A DNA stretch of 64,000 nucleotides, from NCBI GenBank assembly GCA_051530055.1, contig CM121341.1:8968784-9032783 (forward strand), read 5' to 3'. Made by a program: the position numbers and the translations under genes. The stretch is from Neoechinorhynchus agilis (lineage: Eukaryota > Animalia > Acanthocephala). Positions 1-12,377 of this stretch are shown here, piece after piece (the stretch's first letter is position 1; each line of letters opens with the position of its first letter). The notes under the pieces are model-generated. The model was not told the origin of the DNA and made no database searches. It was given only the letters and a program-made list of their open reading frames with translations.

Positions 1-309
1 GGAGCGATCGGCATCTCGATAGAGATCGACTACCTCAAAGGCTGAGCGATTTCGTCCTGCAAGCACTTGGGTCAAATGATTAACACCAAAAGCAACCAGG
101 AAAAATGCAAAAGATGAGCCGGAGAGTCGATCATTTCGATGACGTCCGCGGAATAGCGGTTTTTTGGGAAATTTCCGTTTCAGAAATGATCCAAGAAAAA
201 AGACGGATCTTTAAACATCCAAGGGAAAGCTAGCAGTTCTTCTAAATGGCGATCCTTTGAAATTTCCACCAAAAAGCCTATTTCCCACCTTACGGAAAAT
301 CAATCAGCC

Positions 310-1092
310 TTATACTCGCGCCCATCTCCTTTTACAATACCGCAACCCATCGGCTAAAACGGCGTATTGCCTTCCCTTAAGTCTAGAAACTCTTTGCAAT
401 TCGTCTTTAACTTTTAGATCGAACGTAGATTGAACATCCAGTCCAATAATCCAAATTCCAGCAAGAATTATGTACTCATTCCAGCACTCAGTGCTACAAT
501 CACCATCTCCGTCGTCGCCATCTTCATCGAGATTTCGATCGTTTCCACCGACGATTTTTCGAGTCAGACCTGCACTTGCATTAGGTGCGCCCATTGTGTA
601 ATATTTATAGATCTTAGATTTCTGGAACTTGATCAATTCCAATTGATGAATATGAAAATTAATTGGCAAAAACGAGGTGTCCTCGTGATACTTTTCGACA
701 CTTGGTCTAAAAAATGATTCATTTCGGCACATCTTCCACGCCTTGGCCATCCATTTTTGTTCTAATAGCTTCAATCGCGACATCATGTGAGTGAATTTCT
801 GAATATTTCGACCAGCCGAATCGACGTTTTTCTCAAAAATCAAAATCTGCTTCATTCCCCGCATAAAAGAACATACCTCTTCAAACTCACGGGCGTACAT
901 TTTCGCCAGAGTCGATGCAGCCCAAACCGAAACGGGGGACTCGGAGAGATTCTGTATCACTTTACAGTTTTCCTTTAGCAACAATCGCCCGCTAAAATCA
1001 GCGGATTTATCGTCGATCTCGAACTCCAGCTTTCGCACATCGTTTTCTATAAAAAAATCGGGAAATGTAAAATGGCTTGCAGGACTCTTCAT
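310..1092 (-). CDS. INPP4: Inositol polyphosphate 4-phosphatase-like exon (gene continues upstream to at least ~1250 and downstream off the window edge)
   Basis: ORF contains FLPINFHIHQLELI..Y..YTMGAPNA, resembling the INPP4A/B motif F(V/L)PINLH.Q.M.V..Y...T.GAPAAH (recalled, not aligned). A 31-nt GT-AG intron (GTGAG..TTCTAG) just upstream extends the frame; downstream GT-AG introns give SFAFFL-DEIAQPL. Confidence 0.6.
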   Translation of the reverse strand: MKSPASHFTFPDFFIENDVRKLEFEIDDKSADFSGRLLLKENCKVIQNLSESPVSVWAASTLAKMYAREFEEVCSFMRGMKQILIFEKNVDSAGRNIQKFTHMMSRLKLLEQKWMAKAWKMCRNESFFRPSVEKYHEDTSFLPINFHIHQLELIKFQKSKIYKYYTMGAPNASAGLTRKIVGGNDRNLDEDGDDGDGDCSTECWNEYIILAGIWIIGLDVQSTFDLKVKDELQRVSRLKGRQYAVLADGLRYCKRRWARV

Positions 1093-1915
1093 CGGTGTCT
1101 AGAATTGAGATCAACAAAAAATAACTCACGGCAACGCGCTCCACAAAAGTACGTAGTGTGACGTTAGTTTTCAAAAACTCATGTAGCGGATTTTTAAGTG
1201 TGCCGGGGACTCGGAGTGTAGGGATTATCTTTGAAGGGATGTGTGAGATAAGAGAAAACTACCACAACGATAAATTATTTTCACAAGTGCGTTCCCATTG
1301 ATGTGGTGGATGCGTCAAAGAGAGATCTGTCATAAATGAGTCAAACGATCGTGAGAAACATCAAAAATGAGCATTCAATGAAAAAAAAACGGATAAAAAT
1401 AGTTGGATCTATATTTTCGAAAGAAGAAGCTTCGCCGAACATCGAGTATTGCGAAATTTACATTTCAATCATCGAGAGGAAATCGTTCGGAATGCTAGCG
1501 AGGTGATCATAATCAACTCAAGGATAAGATATATTTCATTGAAGCGAGGCTCTTTTAGACCATCGCTGTATTTGTGGAATTTCTGTGGTCATTTTAAAGG
1601 ACAAGTTTTATTCCTGATTGTTCTTATCGTTCCTTTGACAACATTTTTCTCTGCAAATGGAAATATCACTCATACCTTGATTTGACGATGTGGAATTGTA
1701 TTTCCCAGGAAGCCGCGTTTTAGTTATTTTGTTCCAAAAAGTCGTCCAGTAATTTCCAAGAAGGCGTTTGCTAATTTCAGGTCAATTTCGCCTCTTTGAA
1801 TAAAAACTAAAAATCTGTAAAAATAACAACATTAAACGTGAGCGATTGCTCGTTAAGCGAGCAGTTTAGAAAGATAAAATTCTGGCAATACGCAGATTGC
1901 GGCCCATGGTCTCCA

Positions 1916-2330
1916 AAACGTCGCAAACTTGGAAATGAAACATGAGGCTTCCTTCTCGCTAAATATCTAAATATTTTCTATCCGACAGAGGAATTATGAC
2001 AGCAACACATCCCAAACTCTATAATCCCGCAGGATTTTCTCTTGATCATTAAATTGCTTATTTTGGAGTTATGGTTATCAAGTCAAATATTTCATTGAGA
2101 TATTTCGCGTGGCGACCCTTTTAAACCGAGTCGCACAATGGAAAATAAAGAGGTTTTTATAAGAATGATGAGGCTTCCTCCTTGCGAAATGTCTCAATAT
2201 TTTCTATCCGACAGGGAGATTACGAAAGCAACACATCCCGAACTTTATAATCCCGCAGGAATTTCTCCTGATGATTAAATTGGTTATTTTGGAATTATGG
2301 TTGCCAAAGTACCGGATAGAAAATATCGCC
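1916..2330. repeat. Dispersed ~230-bp tandem repeat family, ~2 units
   Basis: Core GAGGCTTCCT..AATATCTCAATATTTT..ATCCGA..ATTATGACAGCAACACATCCC.AACT.TATAATCCCGCAGGA..TTCTC occurs twice here and again at 3862-4000 and 45720-46145. Confidence 0.85.
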
Positions 2331-3860
2331 ACCTGTTGATCGCGCAGATCACGAGAAGACCGACGCTGCAAATTCACAAAATCAACTTTGGTCCGAACAA
2401 CCTGTAGAGAACAAGCGGTAAACGGAAATTTCAAGTACTCTGGGAGGTGAGGATAATGCTGCCCGAGATCCGAAGGTCCCAACACATAATTGCCCGGTTT
2501 ACGACAAGCAGATCAAAATTACGAAAGGGGAGAATTTTGGACTGACGACCAAAGAGATTCCGGATATGTTGGTTCCGGCCTTCTGCTGGCAAGCTCAACA
2601 TCGTCCATTGCACCCCTTCGTTGCTGGAGATCGTGCGCTGCCCAGAAACATCCTGAAGCGGATCCCGAAGGGCGCTCGATTTCAGGTAGCGAAGAAGCTC
2701 TGCTGAGCGACTGTCTCGAGACAAATACCGAAATATCTTGGACAGGCCTTTTCGCATTCCCGAGACTGGTGTGCTGGAGTACCATCTGACGAGTCCCTTG
2801 TTACCCTCATCCAAAACCGGGTGTCCTCCTTCTACAATTCGTTTGGAGAGGTTCTACGCAAAGCTCGCGTTTTTAGGGGATATTTTTCAAGGCCACCGAA
2901 TCCGAGCCGAGTTTCAACCCGTTCAATGATCTGGAGACTGTCTTCTAAACTCGTTGATGGTGATGTGAGAGGCGCGGTTCGCATTCTATCATCCACCAAC
3001 GAATTCGCAAGAGATGATACGAAAACTCCTCAACTTCTCAGGGAGAAACATCCTCGACTCACTGGTCATCTAGAATATTCGGAGATGATCTCTTCGGGCA
3101 CCCCGTTAGAATTTTCGGTTGATGTTGTTAAGACAGCCGTTTCATTGTTCGCAAATAGGTCAGCACGTGGACTCGACAGGCTTCGGCCTCAACACCTAAA
3201 GGACATGATGTCCTTCTCCGTAAGTAATCCATCCCATATTCTCCTGAACGCCTTGACTCGGTTAGTCGGCGTTTTCTCTGGAGACAACTTGTCCCCCAAA
3301 GCGATCGAATTGTTTTTTGGCGCTTCCCTCTGCGCTTTAGAAAAGAAGGACGGTAAGATTCGTCCCATCGCAGACGACTAGCAGACAAAGCGATTTCTAT
3401 TCGAATCTAAGAAGGTGTTGCTGAAATTCTTCGTCCAGTTCAACTGGGTTGCTGCACACTTGGGCGGAAGCCATAGTCCACGAACTCCGTACATTTGTTA
3501 TTGAGAACGTCAAACCGTGTGTGATCCTGAAATTAGATTTCCGGAACGCCTTCAATTCCGTCACCGGAGGCTTACGGGCATTTTAGAAATTCGTACGGAG
3601 CTGCAACTCTTCTTGTATTCAACGGTCAAATCACTCCTTCCGAAAGAGGCGTTCAATAGGGAGACCCGTTAGGTCCCATGGGTTTCGCGCTCATGCGGAA
3701 TTCAATGCTTGGTACCTGGACGATGCTACGCTGGGAGGCGATCCCCAGGTAGTTCGTGACCTGGCGAAAATCAAGATGGGGCAAGCAAGCTGGGCATTGA
3801 ATTGAACACAGAAAAATGCGAAATTCTATTCCGTAATATAGAGAGGGGTCCTGCAAAAGA
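2330..3860 (+). mobile_element. Decayed CRE-clade (RLE-type) non-LTR retrotransposon, 5' and RT portion
   Basis: N-terminal Zn-finger remnant CPVYDKQIKITKG; SKLVDGDVRGAVRILSS; GLDRLRPQHLKDM; LFFGASLCALEKKDGKIRPIA; QGDPLGPMGF; AWYLDDATL; GIELNTEKCEI. Homologous to 50943-54120, with frameshifts and stops. Confidence 0.9.
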
Positions 3861-3861
3861 C

Positions 3862-4000
3862 GAAACGTCGCAAACTTGGAAATGGAACATGAGGTTTCCT
3901 TCTCGCGGAATATCTCAATATTTTCAATCCGAGGGGGGGAATTATGACCGCAACATATCCCGAACTCCATAATCCCGCAGGATTTTCTCTTGGTGATTAA
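3862..4000. repeat. One unit of the ~230-bp dispersed repeat
   Basis: High identity to 1916-2060 (AAACGTCGCAAACTTGGAAATG.AACATGAGG..). Confidence 0.85.
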
Positions 4001-4586
4001 AAATAGTTGTTTACATTTTTGTGTTAAAATCTTCATGGGGATTAAGTGAAAAAGTTTAGACGTGAATAAAACACGTTTTTAATAAAGGCTCGAAGTCGAA
4101 AGCGGCAAAAAGGGCGACAATATATGAAACTCGATAGTTTTATGCGCTAATATTCATTTCATCTGAAAAGCAGTGAATCCATTTCTGGCACACAGAAACC
4201 TGCATCTATCATCTCTGTAGCAACGCTTAAAAGCAACGTTTTTTCGAAAATTAATTATAGGTTGTCGAATAATTTCATTAATCTATTAATCAACGTTATA
4301 TTTGTCGCTGCCTTTTTGAACCCTGGTTCAGAAGGTTCATTGTATTACGTCACGCAAAATGTTTCTTCTAGAACTAGATGAAATCTCATTTGGGTTCCAC
4401 GTCACCAGCGAATCAGACAACAAGAAATGCGTCACTATTATGGAAGAACTTTTCGAATATATGACGTCATTGGTGTGATTTCATGATTATCTTTTTGAAA
4501 TTGGAGAAGCCCATCATATTTCCATGTTTGATCACGATTTCACGAAGATTGGATTCTTCAGTGTTCAAAACTTGGACAAAATATTT

Positions 4587-5137
4587 TTATTCTGGAACGA
4601 TAAGTTCACTGGGTAACCAATCCTCAAAAGATCCATTTGGCAGGTATCGTCTGATTACCAATGGAATCTTTCCTTCCCGCAATTCTTTTAAAGCAACCTG
4701 AATCGGATCCGTTTGGCCGCTCAACTCAACCATGAATGGACAATTTAATGAAATCTGAGTCGCCCGAGTGCCCAAAAGCTTGGCGCGTTCGTATGTCGTC
4801 ATAAATGGAGTTGTTCTTCGAGCATCCTTAGGGATTCTCCGACCTTCCAAATCTTCAGAGGTCTCATTAAGACGCCTGTTCTTTAGCGGAATAACCTTGA
4901 AATCACCAATTCGTTTTTTCTGCGAATCCGATGTTTCATCTTTGCTCAATAAAACATCGTTCTCGTCGCTGTCCACTTCATCAATTTCAATGCGATCTTC
5001 TTGGGCAGCGGCTTCGTTGTGTGACATATCTGAAACCAATCTTATTGGTGACGTCAAATCTAAACCTGCTTCCTCGTAGTCGAAAACGCTAAAGTAAAGC
5101 TCTTCGCCACTGCCGAAAAATGCTTTTATGACGTCAT
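4587..5137 (-). CDS. POLR2F: RNA polymerase I/II/III shared subunit RPB6
   Basis: C-terminal [64 protein letters not shown] is the RPB6 domain. Proposed model: ATG at 5137, GT-AG intron 5132-5089 (44 nt), probable second in-frame 36-nt GT-AG intron near 5070-5035. Confidence 0.95.
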
Positions 5138-5429
5138 CAACCAATCATCCTAAGCTTAGGTGCTTTGTCTAGTTTTCTCAAGGGAACTCCCGGACGATCA
5201 GCATTTGAAGCATATTTTTCCCAACTTTGCTTACGTCTACATACTTATCATTTCATGCGCAAAACCTTCCTATCTCACCGTAGTTCTTCTCAATGTTCAA
5301 AGCGTGACCACCGAAAATCCTCACCATCGTCTAACATTCTAATTTTGTAATGAACTTAGTCGATTCCCAAGGGCGAGCAATCGGATCTGACAGTAAGGGA
5401 TCTTAAAGTCCTAATTTATTTGATAATAC

Positions 5430-8030
5430 TAATAACACGTTTTATTTTTTAATGCGATAAATGAAGTTGGCTATTGATTTTGGAGTTGATTACGAGTCAG
5501 GGCGGGTGGGAATATCCGGTTCTGGTGGGAATTGGTGGTTATTGTTTGCAGGAGCGCTTGTAAGGTTGGTCTATCCTCAGGTTCATTTCAAATTATGATA
5601 CTCGAAAGGATTGGGCAGCAAATCGAGTTGAATGAGACGGGTGACGTGGGAGGGATTATTGCCGAGGTGTGTCATAAATGCAAAGTAGGGCATCGGTTGC
5701 AGAAAATTTGGGCTGGAAGCCAAATTATAGGGGCGATAACTTTTCGTGGAGAAGTGAAAGAAGGCGAGATTTAAAACATTTTTCGATGATTTTTGAAAGA
5801 GCGCTCAGAATGGATATTGGACGGAATGATTCGGCGGAAATGGGATGTCTTTTCTTGGAAGAAGGATAACTGGGTAAGAGGGTCGATGAGTTCGAGAATG
5901 ATGTAGCGAAGAGCCCAGCTTGAGATTTCGGATTGCGAGAACGAATTTCGAGGTAATTTCTTGAGATGCTGTAGTACTTCGTATGACGAAACTAACAATA
6001 GTATCGGCGAGTTGACAAAAGTTTAATTTCTGGACGTGAAAGATTGCGTGCAGTATCATGTGGAGAAATGATTGTCATTTGAGTCAGGGCAAAGGTTCAT
6101 AGTTAGGAAGAGGACAAATTTGGGAAGAGATCAGGTTTGGTTAGACCAAGTGTTGAATTGCCATCCGAACGAATTTTGTAGGAAAGAAAGTTTTTGCGGA
6201 CGAGAAGTATTTTGTTAGTTAGAGCTATCTGTAAACGGGGAATGTCTGAGTAGTCATTGCGATTTACCTTAGAAGATTGCTTTTGAAGAAGTTTCAAGAT
6301 GGTGGGGTATTCATGGTGGGTGGCGGTTGGTGATTCTAATGAATTTCTTAGGAATTGCCGAAGTTAGGGAATTTTTATGATTGAAGTTAGGGAGGACATG
6401 GCCAAGGAAGGGTCATTTATGTTGCCAGAGTGGGGTGTGCGAATATTAGAGTTGAACAGTTTTATAACATTGTGGATGTTATGATCCCGTTTATCCCAGA
6501 CGGGTAAGCGAAGTGATTTTGGACCCTGATCCGATGTTCAGCGAGATATAAGGGCCGAAGAGTGGTCAGAGTTCGCGGGCGGAACAGAGCCCCTATACAA
6601 ATATAGCACAATTCGGCATATCCAATCCTTGCTGATCCACACCAACTCTCCACTCAAAACTCGTTCCTATCATTGCCAATCACTCATCCACCACAAAATT
6701 TCGGTTCGCTCCCTGACTTTATCATAGAAAGACAGCCAAACCAACCGCAATCTCCCTCGTTTTCAGTCGCAAAGTACCCAAACCCCAAGTTCCTTTCCTA
6801 TTTTAACACTCGAAGCCTCGTCCCTAAACTAAGTGAAGTATCAATCATTTCATCTATTTCAAAAGCCGACGTAATCATTTTAACTTTATTTTGAGAGGAC
6901 GTGAGCGAGGGATTTTTGGAGAGAATGCGCGCAACAGTTGTTTAAGCAGGAAATGCAGAATGCAAACCGGGGAAAAGAAGCTGAGTGATACGAATACGAT
7001 GGTGGCTATGTTATGATCCCGTTTACCACAAACGGGTAAACGATGAGATTTTAAACGGTGAGGTGGAGGGATGGTCATAGTTTGCGTGGATAGCTGAGAG
7101 ACGGATTAGTAGGCGTCGATATTTGTGAACACTTTGTTGAGGTTAGCGTCAAGACCAGTTGGGAAGCCAATCAACTCGGAAAAAGGGTAGGAGAGGAAAT
7201 AGATTATTGAAGTCAGCTGTAATTAAGAAATTCCGTTAATTTGTGCAGTTTATGAGCCCCGTTATAGAATCAACTTGGAGCAAAGAGGACTCAAACGAGA
7301 AGCAGGAGGGCGATATACACCAGCAATTATGAATTTTCTAAGAACATTTCGTAGAGGAGCTGAGAAATGGACTGCGACGAATTTTAAATCGGAGTTTTGA
7401 AGCGAGTATATGAGAGATAAGGAGTATGGTAACGATTGTCGTACGTAAATTGAGACCTCCTCCTGGACGGTCCTCGAGTACCCGACAGGGATGGCTGAAA
7501 CGCTGTTGAAGGGAGTAAGACACATTTCTGTTAAAATGACTACGTCGGCTTTTGAGGTAGATGAAATGAGTGAAATTGCGTCGAGTTTAGGAAGAAGGCT
7601 ACGATTATTGGAGTAGATTACGGTGGGGAAGGGAATTTTGGATTTCGGTAAATCGGGGAGGAATCGTTTTACAAGTTTCCGATATAGAACGATTGATTTT
7701 CCCCAATAGAGAAGTCCAGGAGCGAATCGAAAATTTGGGTTGGGACGAGTGATTGACAATGATAGAAATGAGTTTAGAGTTGAGAACTTGTATTGATCAG
7801 CTACGGTTGGACGGGTGTTTTTGAGTAGGAGTATAGCGATAATTATTTACTTGATTTGGGAGAAAGGGTGTTCAATGCGGAAGGGCAGGGAGATTGACCT
7901 TTGTGATTTTTCGGGCGCCGGTGGAGTTGCACGTACTCAAAGTCAAGAAGTCGCTTACTCTCCGATTTTTTCTGATGGAGGAGATGTTAGGGGGTGTTCG
8001 CTAAAAGTGAAGGGTTATATTTTGAAGATG
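5430..8030 (-). mobile_element. Cluster of fragmented L2/CR1-like APE-RT LINE pieces, mostly minus strand; one EN fragment on plus at 6673-6894
   Basis: EN motifs YSNNRSLLPKLD..ADVVILTE and IAGVYRPP (7262-7759); YFNTRSLVPKLSE..ADVIIL (6673-6894,+); RT-region WALRYIILELIDPLTQL (5771-5998); 3' tail AATAAAACGTGTTATTA on minus at ~5430-5447. Confidence 0.85.
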
Positions 8031-8039
8031 AGGTGTGGG

Positions 8040-11000
8040 TTATAAACACGTTTCATTCATGTAAGAAATGCACGATCAACACACTTGTCAGCATCTATCT
8101 TTGCTGAAAGTGTCTGGATGACGGATGTTGAAGGCAAGGGAGGTGGGACTTGTTTTTGAAGGGATGTTGATGTGCGATCGGAGGCTTTGTACAGGAGATG
8201 ACCGATTGGGAGTCTTTCTTGTTCTCCGGTTATTAAGGAAAGATTGGGTTTGGGGGAAGAATGATTTTTGGTAGAGGGTGGTACGAGCGAGGGGGGGATG
8301 AAAAAGGTTTGGGTTACGGGTGTTTACGAAGAAAGAGTATTTAGAGATGAGGGAAGAAAATTGTGGAGGGGGTTGAAGATGACGGAGGGCGTTTTTGGAG
8401 AAAATGGAGTGGAGGTGGGCGTCGAGGGGAGGGAGTGAAGTCCTGCATATTCTCGCTGCTCTCTTGTGGAAGGTTTCGAGGGAATGGAGAGCATTGACGC
8501 AAAGGGTGAGGAACGTGGGGTAGGCGTATGTAAGGATAGGAAGGATGGTAGAAAGATAAAAGTGGGCAAGGTGTTTAGGGGATACGCGGAGACGCCGGAG
8601 GAGTTTGAGAAGGTAAAGACGAGGGTTTGCTTTAGAGAGTGTAAATGAAATGTGGGCATGCCATTTAAGGTATTCTTGTAAAATAAGGCCCAGTATTCGG
8701 AGAGAAGAGGAGCGTTGGATGGGGAGATGGAGAGGCGCGGGGATAAGATTGCGTTTGGAAATGTGGAAACAAGCTCAAAAGATTTGGATAAATTTAGGAA
8801 TAGGTTTAGAGTGGAGAGCGAGGAAATGAGATGGTTGAGCTCGTCCATGGTTGTAAGCTGCGCGCGAGCGTATCGTAGATGCAGAGGAGGGCATCAGAAC
8901 GAGCGAATTGGGAAGGGGAGATGTTTTTGAGGAAGGGAAGTGGGTGGGTTTTAAAACATTTTTCTAAGATTTTAGGGAAAGGTGAGAGTATAGAGATGGG
9001 ACGAAAGGATGTGGGGGAAATCGGTTTATCGTCTTTGGGTAGGGGGACGACACGGGCTTCCTTAAGACACGATGGGAAAAAGCCCAATAGAAAGCTAAGG
9101 TTCGTTATGTGCGTTAGAGGATCGATAAGGTCCGGGATGATGGAACGAATGGCCCAATTTGGGATAGTCGAATTAGGAGAATGGCGGGGCAGACGCTTAA
9201 GGATCTCTAGGATTTCGAGAGGGAAAACTAAGGAAGGGCATGTATGAATGGGCGCGTCAGAAAGTGAGAAGGGAGGTTGGGACAATGGATGGGAGGTTTG
9301 GAGAGGACAGAGGTTTTATTCATGGAGTTAAGGATTGATAGGAGATCAGATTTGGGTAGAGATGCGAAGTGGGTGCTTCTGCCAAGACCAGTGACGTTTT
9401 TTATTTCACGTCACCAGTTTCGATTGGGAACGGACGAGAGACGAGACGATAGGAATACTTTGCGGGCTATGCGGATGCGTTTGGTCAGTGTGGAGTGGAG
9501 GGAGGGGTAAGCAGGATTACCTGACCGGAAAGCTTTGGTGACCTGTATTTGAAGGGTTTTTAGAAAAGGTGAGAACCATTTAGGGTCGCGGTTCGAGATT
9601 CGTATTGTTTTGCGAGGAAAGGAGGCTTTCATCGTAGATTTTGTCAGATTTAACAAAGAGCCCATTGCAATCGAGGGGTCGGGGCCAAATATGGTAGAGC
9701 GGTTTTGCGTGATAAGAGAATTGACACATGCAGCAAAGGCGTGGGTATGATGATCATGCTTATCCCAGACAACGTACGGGACGGAAAGGGAACGTTTTTG
9801 AGGTGATGTGGGGGAGAGAAGGACGGAACAATGGTCCGACGAGGCGATCGGGGGAAGTTTGGTAGTGCACAAGTATTGCCTGATGTTTGAGAAAATTTTA
9901 TCAAGGCGGGAGCGCCCAACATAATGAAGTGATCTGAGGAAGTGGAAAGTATGTCAGTAAATAGGTGGTCTATTTGTTGAAGTGTGTTGGGAATCTTTGA
10001 GGAAGGAGGGCAATAAAGGCCAGCGATAGAGATCTCACGTTGGCCATTGCGGAGGGGGGGAGATGAAAAGGTAGGGTGAAGAGCAATGGTAAGGGAGAGA
10101 GACGCGGATGAAGATCGATATGCCGCCCCCGTTTCGGATGTCCCATGTGAGGTGAAAAGCTTGAAAGTTTGGAAGGAAGGCAGATAATTTGCTATGGGGT
10201 AAGAGCCTGCTTCCGTAATTACAAGGATGTCGGCGTTGCAAGAAGAGGCCACTATATGGAGCTCATCCAGTTTGGGGAGGAGGCTGCGGATGTTAGAATA
10301 AAGGATTATTGGAAAGGGATGTTTAGAAGGGACCTTAGGGGTGGACACTGACGTAGAGGGTTGAAGCTGCGCAGAGAGAGAAGGGATGGGAGTTGACCGA
10401 TGGGGTAGTAAGGGGGCAATGGAATGGGGTAGTAAGGGGGCAATGGATCTGTGGGTGGACTGTAGTAATAGATGATTTGAGTGTAGGGACCATAGGGGTG
10501 GGAACTGCGCATGCGGGATGAACTCGGGGGGGAAGAGGATATTGGGAGTTGAAGAGGTGGTGGTAAGAGGTGAGGTGGTGGTAAGAGGTGAGGTAGTGTA
10601 CGCGTCCAAGGTATTTTTCGCTTCGGAGGGGCAAAGCAAAAATTTCCAGATTTGGTAGGGTGCGGAATAGTGGTTTTAGGCAGATGAGAGATGAGTGGAG
10701 GCAAGGATGAGAGGATTTAGGAGGAGTTAATGTACGAGGCGAGGGATGCTTAATGTAGCCGTTGAAGGATGGTAGGGGTGTGTGCTTTTTACTGGAAAAT
10801 CGAGGTACAGGAGAGAAGGTGGTAGGCTCTGATGGTGCTAATGTTGAAACGTAATCGTAGAAGGATGGGAGGGGTTTATGGTTTTTTCTAGCAGTAAGGG
10901 GTGGAAAGATTTTGTAATGGATTTTTATGTGGCTGGATGCGAAAAGAAAGTTGTAAAGTAAGGAATTTGTGTCTCCTATTGGCTACGAGTGGTTAAATAA

Positions 11001-11280
11001 AAGTAAAGGGAATGCGCATAGTAGTTGATGGGGGAGGAATAGTAGAGTGAATGTCAGGGAAAATGAGTTGACCGATTCGAAGGATTTGGTGACGGTGTTG
11101 TGCATTGGCGGCGACAAGATCTGTAACAGGCGCTTCTCGCATACCAGAAATAAATATGGCGCGATTTCTATCCTTGAGGGAGGAGTGCATGATACGATGG
11201 GTCGAATTCAGAGCGGCGAGGGATGATGGGCGGGGTGGAGAAGGCGTATCATTAGAGAAATGAATCGGAGGGTTGATTGA
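8040..11280 (-). mobile_element. Near-complete but decayed L2/CR1-like LINE (ORF1 remnant, EN, RT)
   Basis: ORF1-type DRNRAIFISGMRE (10993-11190); EN ILYSNIRSLLPKLDEL..ADILVITE, IAGLYCPP, PPIASSDH; RT LKEARVVPLPK..FRPISILSPFPKILEK; many frameshifts. Confidence 0.9.
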
Positions 11281-11289
11281 TTTTGATGA

Positions 11290-12130
11290 TGTTGGTGTAA
11301 ACCTTATATCCTTATAGTTATTTTTTCCTTCCTTTGCTTTTTTCTCATTCGTTCAGATGTTTCGTTGACCTTTTGTTCAACCGTAGCTTTCTTAGTAGTT
11401 ACTTTAGCTGAATCCCTTTCGCTTTTCGTATCGTTACCTCTTATCGCATTCACAATATCATACTTCGAGTTATTTAAGAATCATTAAGTACTACAGGCTG
11501 CATATCCTCTAAGGGTGGCACCAAGTCCCTAGAAATTGTCGAAATATTTTCAGTTTTTAGAACACCACTCGTTTCCAACGAATCATCGTTTGAGTTTGGC
11601 ATACCGATGGAATCTACAGAAACCGTACTCTCCTTCGTGGAAGCTTCACAATCCGATTTCTGTAAACCTTTAGTATGTTTCTTAGAATTCACCTTTGAAA
11701 CTTTTGCCTGTTTTTTGAACCGTTAGCTTTCGTCCCTTTGCATTTTTTGACTTCGACCAATTTTTCACTTTTGAGAGCTTCCATTTCGCACTGAATGGCG
11801 CCCGCTAATATATCCTTAACTGTGCTCATCGCTTCAATTAATAAACCGTTTAGAGTATCAGTAACTCGTTCAAAGCACTTCTTTAGTGCAACATCAATAA
11901 GAGTGGAATACTTAGCCTATTTTCGTTCACTGTTCATTGATTTGAGCAGAGAGAGAGTAGACGTAGCGAGAGAGGACGGTTGCGAAGCGATTGGATTACT
12001 CTTGCAATCAGTAACACGCTGACGAATGCTCGAATCGGACCACGAAAAACTCGGTTACTGAAATCGCATTCCGTACTTTTGTGAATATTTCGACTAAAGG
12101 CGCAGTTGGCCGAGGTTTTCAAAAATCACA
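11290..12130 (-). CDS. Fragmented hypothetical Lys/Ser-rich coding region, member of a dispersed family
   Basis: Minus-strand frames such as NWSKSKNAKGRKLTVQKQAK continue into ORF 11474-11692. The segment TTGAACCGTTAGCTTTC.TCCCTTTGCA.TTTTTGACTTCGACCAA is shared with 22810-22860. Confidence 0.35.
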
Positions 12131-12377
12131 CATTTTGATGGTTGATTTGGCTACTGAGAGCGTATTTTTCGGTAAAAAACACACCCGCAAAAATCAGACA
12201 CGAATGGAGAATCTGTATTATTTTTTGTTGTTGTTGAGACAAGCGCACTTGATGATTTTTCTGTCACAATATCGTTTGTTCTTCAATCACAATCATTTCG
12301 ATTATCGCCTATTTGGTCAGCATAATTGCCGCCGGCACTGTATAAAGAAGAGCGAGGAACGAATGTAAGCGAGTTCG

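Noticed and set aside
270-340. INPP4 frame break as another non-canonical intron
   Set aside because: A 52-nt GT-AG intron (CG|GTATTG..CGTAAG|G) restores the frame.
4462-5136. Three TGACGTCA (CRE/ATF) palindromes near RPB6 as a promoter module
   Set aside because: One overlaps the start codon and donor site, one lies in an intron and one is downstream of the gene; positions do not fit a promoter.
10395-10600. Short 18- and 24-bp tandem repeats
   Set aside because: Local slippage within the LINE ORF1-EN linker.
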